DNA from: Octopus vulgaris
Lineage: Eukaryota
Assembly: GCA_951406725.2 (NCBI GenBank)
Contig: OX597816.1
Location: 77,686,001-77,750,000 of the forward strand
Reading direction: 5' to 3'
DNA length: 64,000 nucleotides
Below are positions 43,001 to 56,490 of this stretch, piece by piece (the stretch's first letter is position 1; every line of letters begins with the position of its first letter). A program made the translations under genes and the position numbers. The notes under the pieces were generated by a model. It saw nothing but the letters and a program-made list of their open reading frames with translations. It searched no databases and was not told the DNA's origin.

Positions 43001-43382
43001 TTAAAAAAGGAAAATTAGTAAGATGAGAAACCGCATTGTCAAGTGATAGCCGTCTGCTTTCTACTGTCCACTATGCAGTTATGTCTCAGTTTAGAAGTAG
43101 AGAGAAAGTGTGCAACCTGTGAACTGAGTCTATGTTCCGATCTTCTTTTTCCTTATACCAATATGAATTAATTTTACTATTTTATGTGATTTATGGTAAT
43201 AATTCTTTTTGAAAAGACATGGATGACGCAGCATCACATTTTCGTCTTGTGTAGCCGTGTGGTTAGAAGATTGCTTCCCAGCCACATGGATCCAGGTTCA
43301 GTCCCATTGCTTACCACTTTGATCAAGTTGAACAAAACTTTGTGAGTGAATTTATCAAGCAGAAACTGAAAGAAGCCCGTCG

Positions 43383-43451
<69 letters not shown>

Positions 43452-46400
43452 CTGTGCGTGTATGTGTATGTTTTCGTTCGTCCCCATCACTGTTTGACGA
43501 ACGGCGCTGGTTTGGTTACGTCCCCGTAACTTAGTCGTTCGGCGTAAGAGACCGATTGAACATGTACCAGACTTGAAAAAGATAAAAGAAAAAAAAAAAC
43601 AACATAAGTACTAGGGTCGATTCGTTTGACTAAAACCCTTCAAGGCGGTGTTTCAGTATGGCTGCAGGCCAATGATTGAAACAATTGGGAATAACTGAAA
43701 CTTGCATCTTTGTCAGAAGTTAAATAATAAACAGCTAAGGGTTGTATATTCAGTCCTCTACAGCTAAGGGTTGTATATTCAATCCCCTGCAAATGGCTGT
43801 ATCGGTAAGATCTCGGACAAACAACTGAGAGATCAACTGATCCCAACACCGTCATTGTCACAATGTTGAGCCTTTGAGTGAGATGCTTAATTCTCGATGG
43901 TCCAGAACACTTGTTTTGAATAAATACCATTAGATAGCCAGCGTAAACAGCGGGAGTACTGTAAATTTAATGAGTGTTTTGTTTACTGACAATGTTGAGA
44001 TCAGGTCTTCATCTCAGCTTGACCTATAAATCAGTCACTAACAACACAACGCTACTTTCAGTTGAATCATCAGACGAGCAATTCCCTATGTAGCTCTCGA
44101 CTTGCTAGAAACAACAGTGAAATTCCTTTGGTTCACCTCTAACAATCTTAAAAATGAGAAGGACACTTCGAATAAGGTTGCTCCAAGCATACTATTCCTG
44201 ACAACAATATAGAGTGGTGGTCATGGATAGGAAGACTTTGGTCATAGATCTAATTGAGTAGATCTATGAGAACAACAACAAAATCAACTGCATTTTATCT
44301 ATAGTTTACACAAGTAATGAATGTTTCTTTTATTATGATTTAACAATTTTGGTGAAATTTCGGTATTAAACTGAACAGAATAAGTACACATACATATGTA
44401 CTCACATATACACACCAAGATAAGAAGATAAGGCATATATGATTTAAGGACGTCGTAAATTTTGGAAGACTGACAATACTCTTTACTATGTGAATTACTG
44501 AGGTGCAGAGAGCAGTTTCAGCTGAGAATTTATCCAGTATCGCTAAGATTTTATAAATCGTGAACCATGAAACTTAAGAAACTTAAGACATTCTATTCAC
44601 ACAGACGAAACTTAAGATGACATTCAGTTCGCACGGACGATGCTTAATCATCACTATTGTCTAATTCCTGACATGCCTATTTAATGTAAGGAATGTTGTC
44701 GCTGTCACAAGTAGATAGACAGAACGTCAGAATGGTTACTTTGAAGCTAATTTAGCTTTCTCCTAAAAAAAAGAAAGAAAGAAAAAATTGCTAAAAATAA
44801 AATAAAACATTTTGAAACGAAGTTTCTGCAAAACTTTGCAGAGTTCCTCTTTGACAGTGAATAACGAAGCTGCCGCACTAATGGCGAGCAAGTGTCAAAT
44901 CTCATTAATTGTCAAAACACTTAGAAACATTTCATTTTTTCTCTTTTTGCTGCGAGTACGATGGTTGCGAACATTAGCAGTTATAAATATTTAACGATTT
45001 AACTAAGTTGAAAGATTTAAAATAGCAAATCATAAAACCATTTTAATGGCAATTATTAACGAATAAGTGTAAAGTAGTTGGGGGTAGGGTTGGTGGGGGG
45101 GACATCATCATGATTCTATAATTCTGTAAGATGAAGACTAATATTGTATTTATGATTAAAATAGTGTAACAAATCGTGGTTTTCTTCACACGATTGAAGT
45201 GTTCGGTGTAAGCACTATAATGGCTTTTAAATTGGAGGCAGAAGAAACACCTTTCATACTGGATCAAGAGGCGTTGCTGTCTTAAATTTACAGGGCCACA
45301 TCAGAAATCTAAACAGTCTTATATTCTCTTCATAATAATTTCATATACTGGCAAGAAGCCACCGATCTCTTGATGAGGTTAGTATATTTAATCGAATGCC
45401 AAGTGTTTATTTCATTGAACCGGAACTATGAAAATAAAGTATGAAGAAAATAAAGACTCGTGAAAGTATTCGAGTAATCTAATTTTTCTGCTAACCCATC
45501 GCCTTTTTTTTTTTGGTTCATATCAGTAGCCATTAGATAACCTTGTTGTGAGGGTATAGAAGAGTAACTAAAGGATCGGAAGTTCGTATCATACCCTCGA
45601 TGTTGTATTCTATATATCTACGGTTATGGCATTAATATCATCGACTCAGTCCACTTGGCTTGCTTCACAAAGCAGAACAAAGCATAATAGATTTGACTAA
45701 TACTTCATTGGCTGGAAAAAAACTGAAAACAAGACTTCCTGTAGAAACATCTTTAGTGTTTTCTTCCATGAGAGAAAACATTAACAATGCAACTATTTTA
45801 AAACTCTTTCTCTACCCTCAGACTTAACTTGAAAACAAAGTAAATTATTTGATGTTAATTGATTTGAAATTTAGAAATATTCAAGTTGGTGAAGTGACGG
45901 CTTATAGAGCGAAGTGTCGTTAGTTCGTATTTTATTGGTGATTTTGGAGCAGCAAAGGCATTCAACCATCAATGACCAATTTCGCTTAACTGGAGACAAA
46001 CACGGGTTTCAAATTTTGGCACTTGGCCAGCAATTTCTAAGGATGGGGTGGGGTTAAGTCAATTACATCGACCCCCGTACTCGACTGGTACTTATTTTAC
46101 TGACTCCGAATGGATGAAAGGTGAAGCCGTCTTCGGTGGAATTTGAACTCGGAAAGTAAAAACGGACGAAATGTCGCTAAGCATTTTGTCCGGCGTGCTA
46201 ATGATTCTTTCAGCTTGCCACCTTGAAGGAGACAAATATTGGTAACGAAAATAGTCTAGCGCAGTAAAACAAAACAGTGAGAAAACTATACAACTGATGA
46301 GTATTTCGATAGTTTTAGGTATGTGGTTAAGAAGTTTGCTTCGTAATCGCATGCTTCGAGTTTGGTTCCGCTGCGTATCACCTCAGGCAAGTATATTCTA

Positions 46401-47317
46401 CTATAACCTGAGATTGACCAATAACTTGAAAGGGGAATATGGTACACCTAAACTGAATCTCGTCTTCAATACACACATCTATTGGTACGTGTGTGTATGT
46501 AAATTTATATTTTTCGCTGACGTAAGCTAACAAACAATGAAACACCGACAAAAAGAAAAAAAAAAAAAGAAAGGTTCTTCGAAAAAGGTTCTTTGTGAGA
46601 ACAAAGTATTTTGTACCCAGTTCTGGACATTCATTTGTCACCTCGTCAACGAATAATTGCTTGGTTTGACGGAAACATCTAACTATCGACTCAAAATACA
46701 ATATAAAATAAAACAATAAACTTCTCTAAAAATGAGTTTTACTTGTTGACTTACACTAAGTACAGTTAAATAAAAACAACGCCTGAAGTAGGACTCGAGC
46801 AACCGAATGAGTCATAAGTCTGCCCATCACGTTGTGGTTGTTGTTGTATAGCCCCAAGATAAATTCTGATCGAGCAGATCTAAAATTTAGGGAGTTTCAT
46901 CCATGACCATCACATCTGTTTTTTGGCACAGTATATCTAAGACTATATTACCAAACACATATTACCAAAATGTGTTTTTAATGTATTCAGTATAGTAGGT
47001 TGTAAGTTGAAAAATATTTGGCTGTTATATCTTGGTAGAACGTCTCGGTACGTTAGAATTCGCGTCTCTTCTGTTGCATATAAATTTATTCGCATTTGAG
47101 CCAGTGAAAGCGCTTCTAAGTGATCGACCGAAAGTGCAGAAAAATCTTCCTTAAATCACAAACTGCCACCTTATAAAAGGTACCCTATCAAAGGTAAATA
47201 AACACTAATTGATGGCTGGTTCTCGGTTTCGACAACGAAGATACAACTGTTCAAGAGAATTAGCTGCTCATTTAATTAGGGTATAAATGACTGAGCGTTT
47301 CCTCAGACACGTGTACC

Positions 47318-47547
47318 TATTTCTTTATTACCGACAAGGGGCTAAACATAGAGGGGACAAACAAGGACATACATAGGTATTAAGTCGATTACATCGATCC
47401 CAGTGCGTAACTGGTGCTTGATTTATCGACCACAAAAGGATGAAAGGCAAGTCGACCTCGGCGGAATTTGAACTCAACATAACAGCAGACGAAATACCGC
47501 AAAGCATTTCGCCCGGCGTGCTAACGCTTCGGCCAGCTCGCCGCCTT
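47318..47547 (-). mobile_element. SINE family A with TSD
   Basis: Flanked by the direct repeat tttcctcagacacgtgtacc. Confidence 0.85.
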
Positions 47548-47962
47548 TTCCTCAGACACGTGTACCCATAACAAAATTCTGAGGCAGGAGCAGCGTGACG
47601 CGCTCTATAACAGAGCTGTACTTCTGAAATACAAGTGCAATCTCTCCTACTAGCTTCTATACAGTTTCTGTTAACTCAGTTTTACTTACAAGAAATCGGT
47701 CAATCCGAGACTATTGAAGATGTCATTTGGTACGAAATTGCCAGGTAGTGGGATCGAATGATGGACTTCGTGGTTGAGAAGCAAGCGTCTTAAGCATTCG
47801 GTTATACTGCGTCTATACAGAAAAATCAGTGATACACACCTGGGAGGGTATGAACCTTCAACCTTTTGGTCAACGGACTAACGCGCTAACCGAGTGCGTT
47901 ACAGACATTTCATATGTTTCTATATGTGTTAATACACAGTATAATAATATAAATCGTCTTAC

Positions 47963-48089
47963 CTGATTCAGTTGTGATTGTTCACCTGGAGGATCTGAGG
48001 CCGAACCGTACAGAGGGCTATGGTGTCCCGTTTGTTTCTCCCACAAACCGTGATAGTTGTAGGTCATCAAGAGCATGTAGTCAATATAT
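47963..48089 (-). CDS. GH18 chitinase exon
   Basis: tttctag|A TAT ATT GAC TAC ATG...AAT CAG|gtaag = YIDYMLLMTYNYHGLWEKQTGHHSPLYGSASDPPGEQSQLNQ. 127 nt, phase 2 to 0. Matches the MTYDxHGxW...TGHxSPLY motif. Confidence 0.95.
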
Positions 48090-51000
48090 CTAGAAAGAAA
48101 GACAATGATAAATGTCAGTCTTAGAGAATCTGATTATTAAATATAATCACAGCGGTGGACAACCAGAATCGTTAGAATCTCGGACGAAATGTTTGCGTCA
48201 TTTAGTTCGTTCTTTTACTTTCTAAATGCAAATTCTTTCATCCCTCCGGGCTCGTTAAAGTAAAGTACCATTTAAGTACAGCCATCCTCGTTTATTATGG
48301 GTGTTTTTTTAAATACCATGTTAAATGGATCAGTGATAAATAAATAATAGAACAGATGGGGAAAATATAGGTTTCGTTCTGAGACCCCAAGTTGTCCTGA
48401 GCATTGCGGATGATCGCTGGGGTGCGCTGTTGCGGTCCAAGAGGATTTTTTAATTGACTATCGATAGTGTTATCACATATCAATTCGTGATAATTGTAAC
48501 GTGGTTCACAATTGAGCGTACAGTGTTATCTCGGATCAGTGATGAGTGAATCAGCGATAAACGAGGATAGATGTTCTGAGGTCAATTCAATATTCTTATA
48601 AAGCAGCGTTTCTTAACTTTTTAGCATTATGGCTAATTTTTAAAAATCTATAGTTCTCTGCGATCCATTTTAAATATTTAAAGAAAATACATTTAACAAT
48701 GCTTTTCAGGAATTTTGTAACCCGGATAGAGCTTTCGAAGTTCTGGAGCTGTATTTGTCTTGTAAGTGACTTGACCTGAAATAGTGTGTTGTAAATGAAG
48801 CAACTCTATCATGGAAGAACGATTCAAGTCATTTATCAACACACAAATACTGTTAAATTCGCTTTAAATGTATTTCCTGAAGCGTAAAACTTTTCGTCAC
48901 ACATTTGCAACTTAGTTACTGACAGTTGTGCTGCAAATACAATACAATTTTCTAAAAATTTAATACATAACTTACGATAGTTTCCTTGGGGAGCTATTCT
49001 TTTTCTTTTATTTTTGATATATATTGTGTTGTAGCCTGTCTTATTTGTTAATATTTTAGATTTTATCAAATATTTTAAAAGTAAGGTTTGGCATTTTCAG
49101 AATTATACTGCAAAATCCCATTGGTTGGAACTGGCTGCTATAATGTCTACTAGGATTATAACTGAAGGCTAAGTCTTGAACAAAAAGTTTGAGAGTCTTT
49201 TTAGCGATTGCTGACATCGACATGAATCAATTCAGCCCAAGAGTATAATTGAAATTATGTTGACGAGAATGTAATCAATACTCTTTGACGGAGTCATTTG
49301 ACGAATAAAACACGTGCATTGGTTCTATTTCACTTCTTTTTCATATTGTTAATCAACTAGATAGCTAATTAACCAATTAACCAATTAACCAATTGGTTAC
49401 TTAATCGCATGATAAATCAGTTGTCTTGTCAGAGTCCTTTAGGTGACTAACAATAATTTTAAAAAAGTGAAATAGAACCAGTGTGTGTGTTTATATTGGC
49501 AATATGTCCTTCTCATGAAACAATAATATATATTTATTTCAACACATGATTTCACTTCAAGAATTTTGCAAAACAAAACGCAAAAACGAAATTAATATTG
49601 TTTCATTTTTCTATAAGCTTAGCAATTTCAAACATTCAATATTACTTCTCCACAAAACGCACCAACAAATCTCACTTCTTGCTCTTACTTTTGATTAAAA
49701 GGTACTTGATTTTATAAGTGATTTTAATAAATCAATTGCTCAATCAATTTCCTTATTTTTAAATTCCACAGTTGACTGAATAGAAGGTTCAGAAGAGTGA
49801 ATCGCACCACGGGCGTTAGGATAGTGTCAACAGTCAAAACACTTTGTGATCCAGTCTAAATAATGGTTTCAAATTTTGCCACAAGGGCAGCAGTTTTGGG
49901 AAGAGGATGAATCGATTACATCGATCCCAGTGTTCAACTGGTACTTATTTTATCGACCCCGAGAAGATGAAGGGCAAAGTTGACCTCGGTGGAATTTGAA
50001 CTCATATCCAGTCTAAATAACAATGTTTTGTATTATAGGGCCAATACCTGAAAGTTTTAGGGAGGGGAAGTCTCCACATCAACCTTTGTACTGGTTTAAT
50101 CAACTCTACAAGGATGAAAGCAAAGTGGACTTCGGTGGAATTTGAACTCAGATCGCAAAGATGGACGAAATGCTAACGATTCTGCCAACCCGCCGCCTAC
50201 AGGTTATATAATAATAATAAAAATGTATCATGGGTTGAGTCAAGTAGAAGCCTCTACTTACCCATTCGAACTGCTGTTAATAACAGCCAAATCTCTCTCA
50301 AATCACACCTTCGTGTCTTAGAAAATACATATTGAAAAATGTTTCCTGGATGCAGTATGCTCAAGAAAATGATAGGATGGTCACGACTAGAGTGCCTTTG
50401 ATCATAGATCTGTTTTTCTTTGATTATTGGTCTACTTAATCTTAGATTAAGGCTAATCTGGTGCTGGCTAAACATTAACACCAGCAACATATCACATATC
50501 GTCACAATTCATTGAGACTGTATCAGTATATATTTAACTTTTGTAGAGGAGAAGGAAGGGGAGTGTATAGTCAATTGAAACAAAGCCTGTTCACGTTTGA
50601 AACTTATTTTATTAACTCCTGAGGGGAAAAACAAATCTAGAACGTTCAGGGTTAAAACTACGTACTTTAATGCACGTCACTACCATTATCTTCAGGCAGA
50701 TAATTTCTACTAGAGGCACACACGAAACGAAAGTTTTGGAGCTGGGAAGTCAATTCAATCGATTCCAATACTTGACTGGTACTTTATTTTATTGGCCTCG
50801 GAAGGATGAAAAGAAAAGTTAATCTCGGCTAGAATTAACTGTTGAACGTAAAGGCACCTTGTCCGATGCACTAAGATTTGACCTGTCCAAATAATGACTG
50901 ACTTTGAGATATGGCAATACATTTCGCATGGATGGTTGGTGGTCGCTCGACCTGCTAAAAGTAACACCCAAATGTCCCTCAAATCACACTTAAGATATTG

Positions 51001-51442
51001 TGATCACACAATAGATATTGTGATCCTAGATCCATTGTCTTTGAAAATAAGATAGATTAGTCACAACCGAGACGCTGTTCCCCATAGGTTTGCTCGATCC
51101 AGGTCAAAAAGGAGCTAAGCAACGGAACAGCATTTTGTGTATACTTAGTCAACACTGATTTATGAATAGCAAACAGATCTCGCCAGGATTTGAACACAAA
51201 ATATAAAGGACATAATTAGACATAACTAGACACAATTTATCGAAGTGCCAAATAAATAGTTTCAAATTCTGGTACAAGGCGCTCAACTGGTTTTATCTTT
51301 CCTGAAAGGATGAAAGGCAAAGTCGATCTCTGTGACATTTCAGCTCAAGAATGTGAAGCTGGAAGAAATGTCGCCAAACATTTTATCCGGTGTGCTAATG
51401 ATCCTGCCATCTCGCCACCTTAAGATTCTAAATTAATAAGGA

Positions 51443-51878
51443 CTGGTTATTTTGACCCGTGCTTCGCTCGGGTTTTGGTGGTGGAGTTGTTTTCTGCGAG
51501 TTGTCACCTTTTCCCTTTCTTCTTTTGTTCGTCTTCTTTGCCTGGTTCTTTTTATTGCCCTCTTCTTTACCCTTCTTTCCAAAATCTCCCAAATTTTTAC
51601 ACCCTCAATTAAAGATAACCGCCTCTAGCCCCTGCAAGAACACGAAAAGTCACCGTTATTCAAACAGCGTAACCTGTCTATCCCATAAAACTCAATTTTT
51701 CCCATATTCCTCACCATGGCAACCAAACGGTAGCCCCGAGCGACTTGCAACCCTCCTCACACCATTGCCCACCCCATTTTACCCCCAGTGTAAATTTTGG
51801 CGCCAATACGAACCCATCATGAGACAAATAACCAAGAAATCAAACAATTTTTTCGCATTTCAGCTTTATAGATATTGA
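51443..51878 (-). mobile_element. Non-autonomous Helitron-like element
   Basis: Minus strand starts A|TCAATATCTATAAAG and ends with hairpin CCCGAGCGAAGCACGGG then CCAG|T (a CTAG variant). Confidence 0.6.
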
Positions 51879-52133
51879 TTTATTGCATTGGCTAACAGCT
51901 AACTAGACTTTAACGGTATTTGAACTCATAATGCAGAGGGACAAATGTATGTACTATGATGTATTTACTCTGCTCTTTTACCCTTTCGGTCACTGTTTTC
52001 TGTGAGCATTATATGATTAACGAGTTTTCAAAATGTTATTTAACCCTAGGTCATCCCTAATCGAGCAGTCCCTTGACTCGAGGGCAGCCATGAAAATTCT
52101 ATCTCATTAAGTATCTAATATTGTTTGTAACCT

Positions 52134-52773
52134 AAGTCGGCGAGCTAGCAGAAACGTTAGCACGCCGGGCGAAATGCGTAGCCGTATTTCGTCTGCCGTT
52201 ACGTTCTGAGTTCAAATTTCGCCGTGGTCGACTTTGCCATTCATCCTTTCGGGGTCGATAAATTAAATACCAGTTACGCATTGGGGTCGATGTAATCGAC
52301 TTAATCCCTTTGTCTGTCCTTGTTTGTCCCCTCTATGTTTAGCCCCTTGTGGGCAATAACGAAATAAGAAACGTTAGCAAGCTGGGCGAAATGCGTAGCC
52401 GTATTTCATCTGCCGCTACGTTCTGAGTTCAAATTCCACCGATGTCGACTTTGCCTTTCATCCTTTCGGGGTCGATAAATTAAATACCAGTTACGCACTG
52501 GAGTCGATCTAATCGACTTAATCCGTTTGTCTGTCCTTGTTTGTCCCCTCTATGTTTAGCCTCTTGTGGTCAATAAAGAAATAAGAAACGTTAGCAAGCC
52601 GGGCAAAATGCTTAGCGGTATTTCGTCTGCCGCTACGTTCTGAGTTCAAATTCCGCCGAGGTCGACTTTGCCTTTCTGGGTCGACAAATTAAGTACCAGT
52701 TGCGTACTGGAGTCGATCTAATCGATTGGCTCCCTCCCCCCAAATTTCGGGCCTTGTGCCTAGAGTAGAAAAG
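52134..52773 (+). mobile_element. Tandem trimer of tRNA-derived SINE family A
   Basis: 217-bp period (gaaacgttagc at 52151, 52368, 52585), B-box GAGTTCAAATTC in each unit. Single flanking TSD aatattgtttgtaacct / aatattgcttgtgacct. Confidence 0.9.
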
Positions 52774-53126
52774 AATATTGCTTGTGACCTTCCACCAACT
52801 ATTTAAAGAATGAAGTGTGATAATAGAGGGAAGTCAGAAGCTGTTTCTAGCGAGTCGAACGACCACATAGACACTCCATCATCGAGATTAGAAACAGAGA
52901 ATGATCCACACTGAACTGATAATTGACTCTCCAACAGGATTTACTGAGGCCTGATAGATATTTGTGTGATGTGGAAAGAAATATTTAAAGAAAGATTCGA
53001 ATGTTTATGTGTCTGATTGCCTCATACATCATGACGGCGGTAAATGGTTTAGTTTAGCTAAAATTGATGAGAGATAAACTTAAAAACAGAGAGAAGTTGT
53101 ACAGTTTAACTAAAGTGCTTTCTTAC

Positions 53127-53251
53127 TTGACAATTTCTGTAGTTTCGTAAGCTTTTCCGATATAATAAGATCCGGATGCAGTAGCCAGGGTAAGGATGAG
53201 TTTCTCGTTGCCAGTTTGCTGTGATTCCCGCCTGAAAGAGTCTTGCAAAGT
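53127..53251 (-). CDS. GH18 chitinase exon
   Basis: tcttttag|ACT TTG CAA...ATT GTC AA|gtaag = TLQDSFRRESQQTGNEKLILTLATASGSYYIGKAYETTEIV(K). 125 nt, phase 0 to 2, matching both neighbours. Resembles the GH18 'RLLLTAAV...Y' segment. Confidence 0.92.
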
Positions 53252-53312
53252 CTAAAAGATAGAAAAAAGTAAGCTTTCAGTTATCTGTTTTGTTTTAGTA
53301 TGCACAAATAAC

Positions 53313-53403
<91 letters not shown>

Positions 53404-53435
53404 CCATATAGCGAATTGTTCACGTAAAATATTTA

Positions 53436-53492
<57 letters not shown>

Positions 53493-53852
53493 TTAATAAC
53501 AGTTTGACTTAAAGTTTCGTAGACGATGAATATGTGTGATTGTGTGTGCGCATGCGTGTTGGTAGCAATATATAGCTATTACACATAGATAGTATTAATG
53601 CACCTGTAGGTTATTCTAACTGGTGTGTCACTTAACCTGACGTTGGAGTGTTATGGTGGAACAGGGGTTTGAATCCTATTGTATCGTGAAAGGCAATGCT
53701 GACATTGACGGGATTTGAACTCAGTTGCACTAAATACCACAAGACATTTTGTCTGACTCAAATGATTCTGCCAATTCACCGTCCTACACGCATGTAGGCT
53801 CCCATACAATGGTACACACATACATACATACATACATACATACATACATACA

Positions 53853-53884
<32 letters not shown>

Positions 53885-55285
53885 AATACACACACATGCA
53901 CATAGATACACAAAGATAAACGTATTGTTTTCTAAGTACCTCAAAACAATTGCCAAGCCGTCTCCACTCCAGCCCGCAACACCCCGAACGTAACTCATAC
54001 CTTATCAATACTTGACACATTTCGCACCCTACTTTCAATAAATTACAAAGAATTGAACGAAAGAATTGAGTAAAAGGAACCGTTCTTTTATATTTTACGC
54101 TTGACTGAACGTCATCTGTCGTTCACTATTAATTCTATTATAGTTCCACTTGATATATTTTCACTTGACTTGGTTTAACACTGATGATACAAGGACGTGT
54201 TTTTCGTCACCCTGTAGTTAATGTCGTCACAAGTATTCGTAGACGACGATATAATTCTCAATACTATAAACTTTGAATGACACAAAATTATAAATTGCTT
54301 CCCCATTTTTTTTTCTCGCCTATCTTTTCTGTTATTCCTTTTCCTCTCACTATTTTCTTATCATTGTAGATTACTCTCTTAAGTACCAAACTAGCTTTCT
54401 CTTTCCCTTTTTATCATCTTATTTCCTCCCATCTCTCTCTTTCTCTGTCACACGCACTCATACATTTTCATGTACGTACGATGTTTATAGTTGAAAATAA
54501 GCATTTAAATATCTCATAAGGCAACGAGCTGGCAGAATAGTTAATACGCCGGACAAAATGGTTAGCGGCATTTCTTCCGCCTTAGATCCTGAGTTCAAAT
54601 TCCGCTGGTGATGAAAAGTAATTACATCTTTTCGTGAAAGGTAAAGATTTAATTGATTAGACCACTCCCTCAAAATTTATAAAACAATACATCGGGGAGA
54701 AAAAAGAAAACGAAAAACGGTATTCCTTTGGTCTGAAGGTAGAGATTGTGTCTGTAGCCAATGCATATAATGGGTGATATCGAATGCAGTTAATGCTGAA
54801 AGTGATATTTCGAAGAATAACAAATGGGCGTAATGGTTAGCGCGGGGCTGGGTGTGATGGATGGATGGATTGGAAACAACATGAGAGACGAGAGAAGGAA
54901 AGACGCGTGTTGGGAATGACCACATGAAAGAAGCACGAAAGTAATCTTCTCTGGAATTAGAAGTCACTGTAGAAGTGTTAGGAAAGAGAGAGCCATTTTT
55001 TTCCCCGATGTAGTCTATGATAACTGTGTGTGTAGTAGCAGTAACGTCCCAGATGTAGGAGCATGAGTCGCAATTGAGCTTTTTCGAGCGTTAGATGTTT
55101 ATGAGTCTCATATATTTTCTCGTCCAAAAGAAAAATGTCCGTCAATGGGAAGCAATCTTTGCTAAATTGAGGTTGGCATTAGAGATTCTCAGTAATGGTA
55201 AGGTGTGGTATTTGTAGTGATTTTGAGGATTTGAGCAGCATGCTGGTCATGTTTTATTTTATTTTTTGGGAAGAGAGACACAGAG

Positions 55286-55356
<71 letters not shown>

Positions 55357-55718
55357 TATATATCTTATAAATAGAATATATATATTATTATATAAGCTTT
55401 CTATTTCTCAGACAGACGTAGAGCTAACATTGGAGCGAGAGGGGAAGTCACATAATCGCTGAAAAGGTATTGGACAGTGGCAAAAGGACATTGGCTAACA
55501 AGCCATCGATTGTTTAATTTGCACGTTAAAAAACGATCGATTGGTTAATTGTTTAGACAATTCACCTACGATGAAGAAATGGAAATGAACCTGTGCGTCA
55601 GTTATTTACATAAAGACTCTCAAGACACAACGACGCAGGAATATGTGTGTGTATATATATATATATGTATGTATATAAGTACATATATATATATGCATAT
55701 ATATAAATATAAATATGC

Positions 55719-55830
<112 letters not shown>

Positions 55831-55957
55831 AGGCATAGGAGCGGGTGTGTGGTAAGTAGCTAGGTTACCAACTAGATGGTTCAGTGTTTTCTACTATAGC
55901 CGCGGGCCGACCAAAGCCTTGTGATTGGATTTGGTAGACGGAAACTGAAAGCCCGTC

Positions 55958-56054
<97 letters not shown>

Positions 56055-56427
56055 TTGTGTGTCTCTGTTTGCCCCCCCCCCCCAACATCGCTTGACAACC
56101 GATGGTGGTGTGTTTATGTTCCCGTAAATTAGCAGTTCGGCAAAAGAGACCGATAGAATTAGTACTAGGCTTCCAAAGTCCATGCTCCAGCATGGCCACA
56201 GTCAAATGACTGAAACAAGTAAAAGAGTAAAGAGTATACATATATATATATATATATATGCATATATAAGCATATATATATGCATACATATAAGCATATA
56301 TATGCATATATATATACATATATATGCATATATATATATGCAGATATATATGGCGAAAGTAAAGAATACGCATACCCGGTGGTTAGTGTTACGCCGAAAA
56401 CGGGTGGTGTCCGTATTCTTTACCTCC

Positions 56428-56490
<63 letters not shown>

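Noticed and set aside
52134-52773. tRNA genes or a CRISPR-like array
   Set aside because: The A/B boxes belong to SINE heads with no complete cloverleaf, and the units are whole SINE copies without unique spacers.
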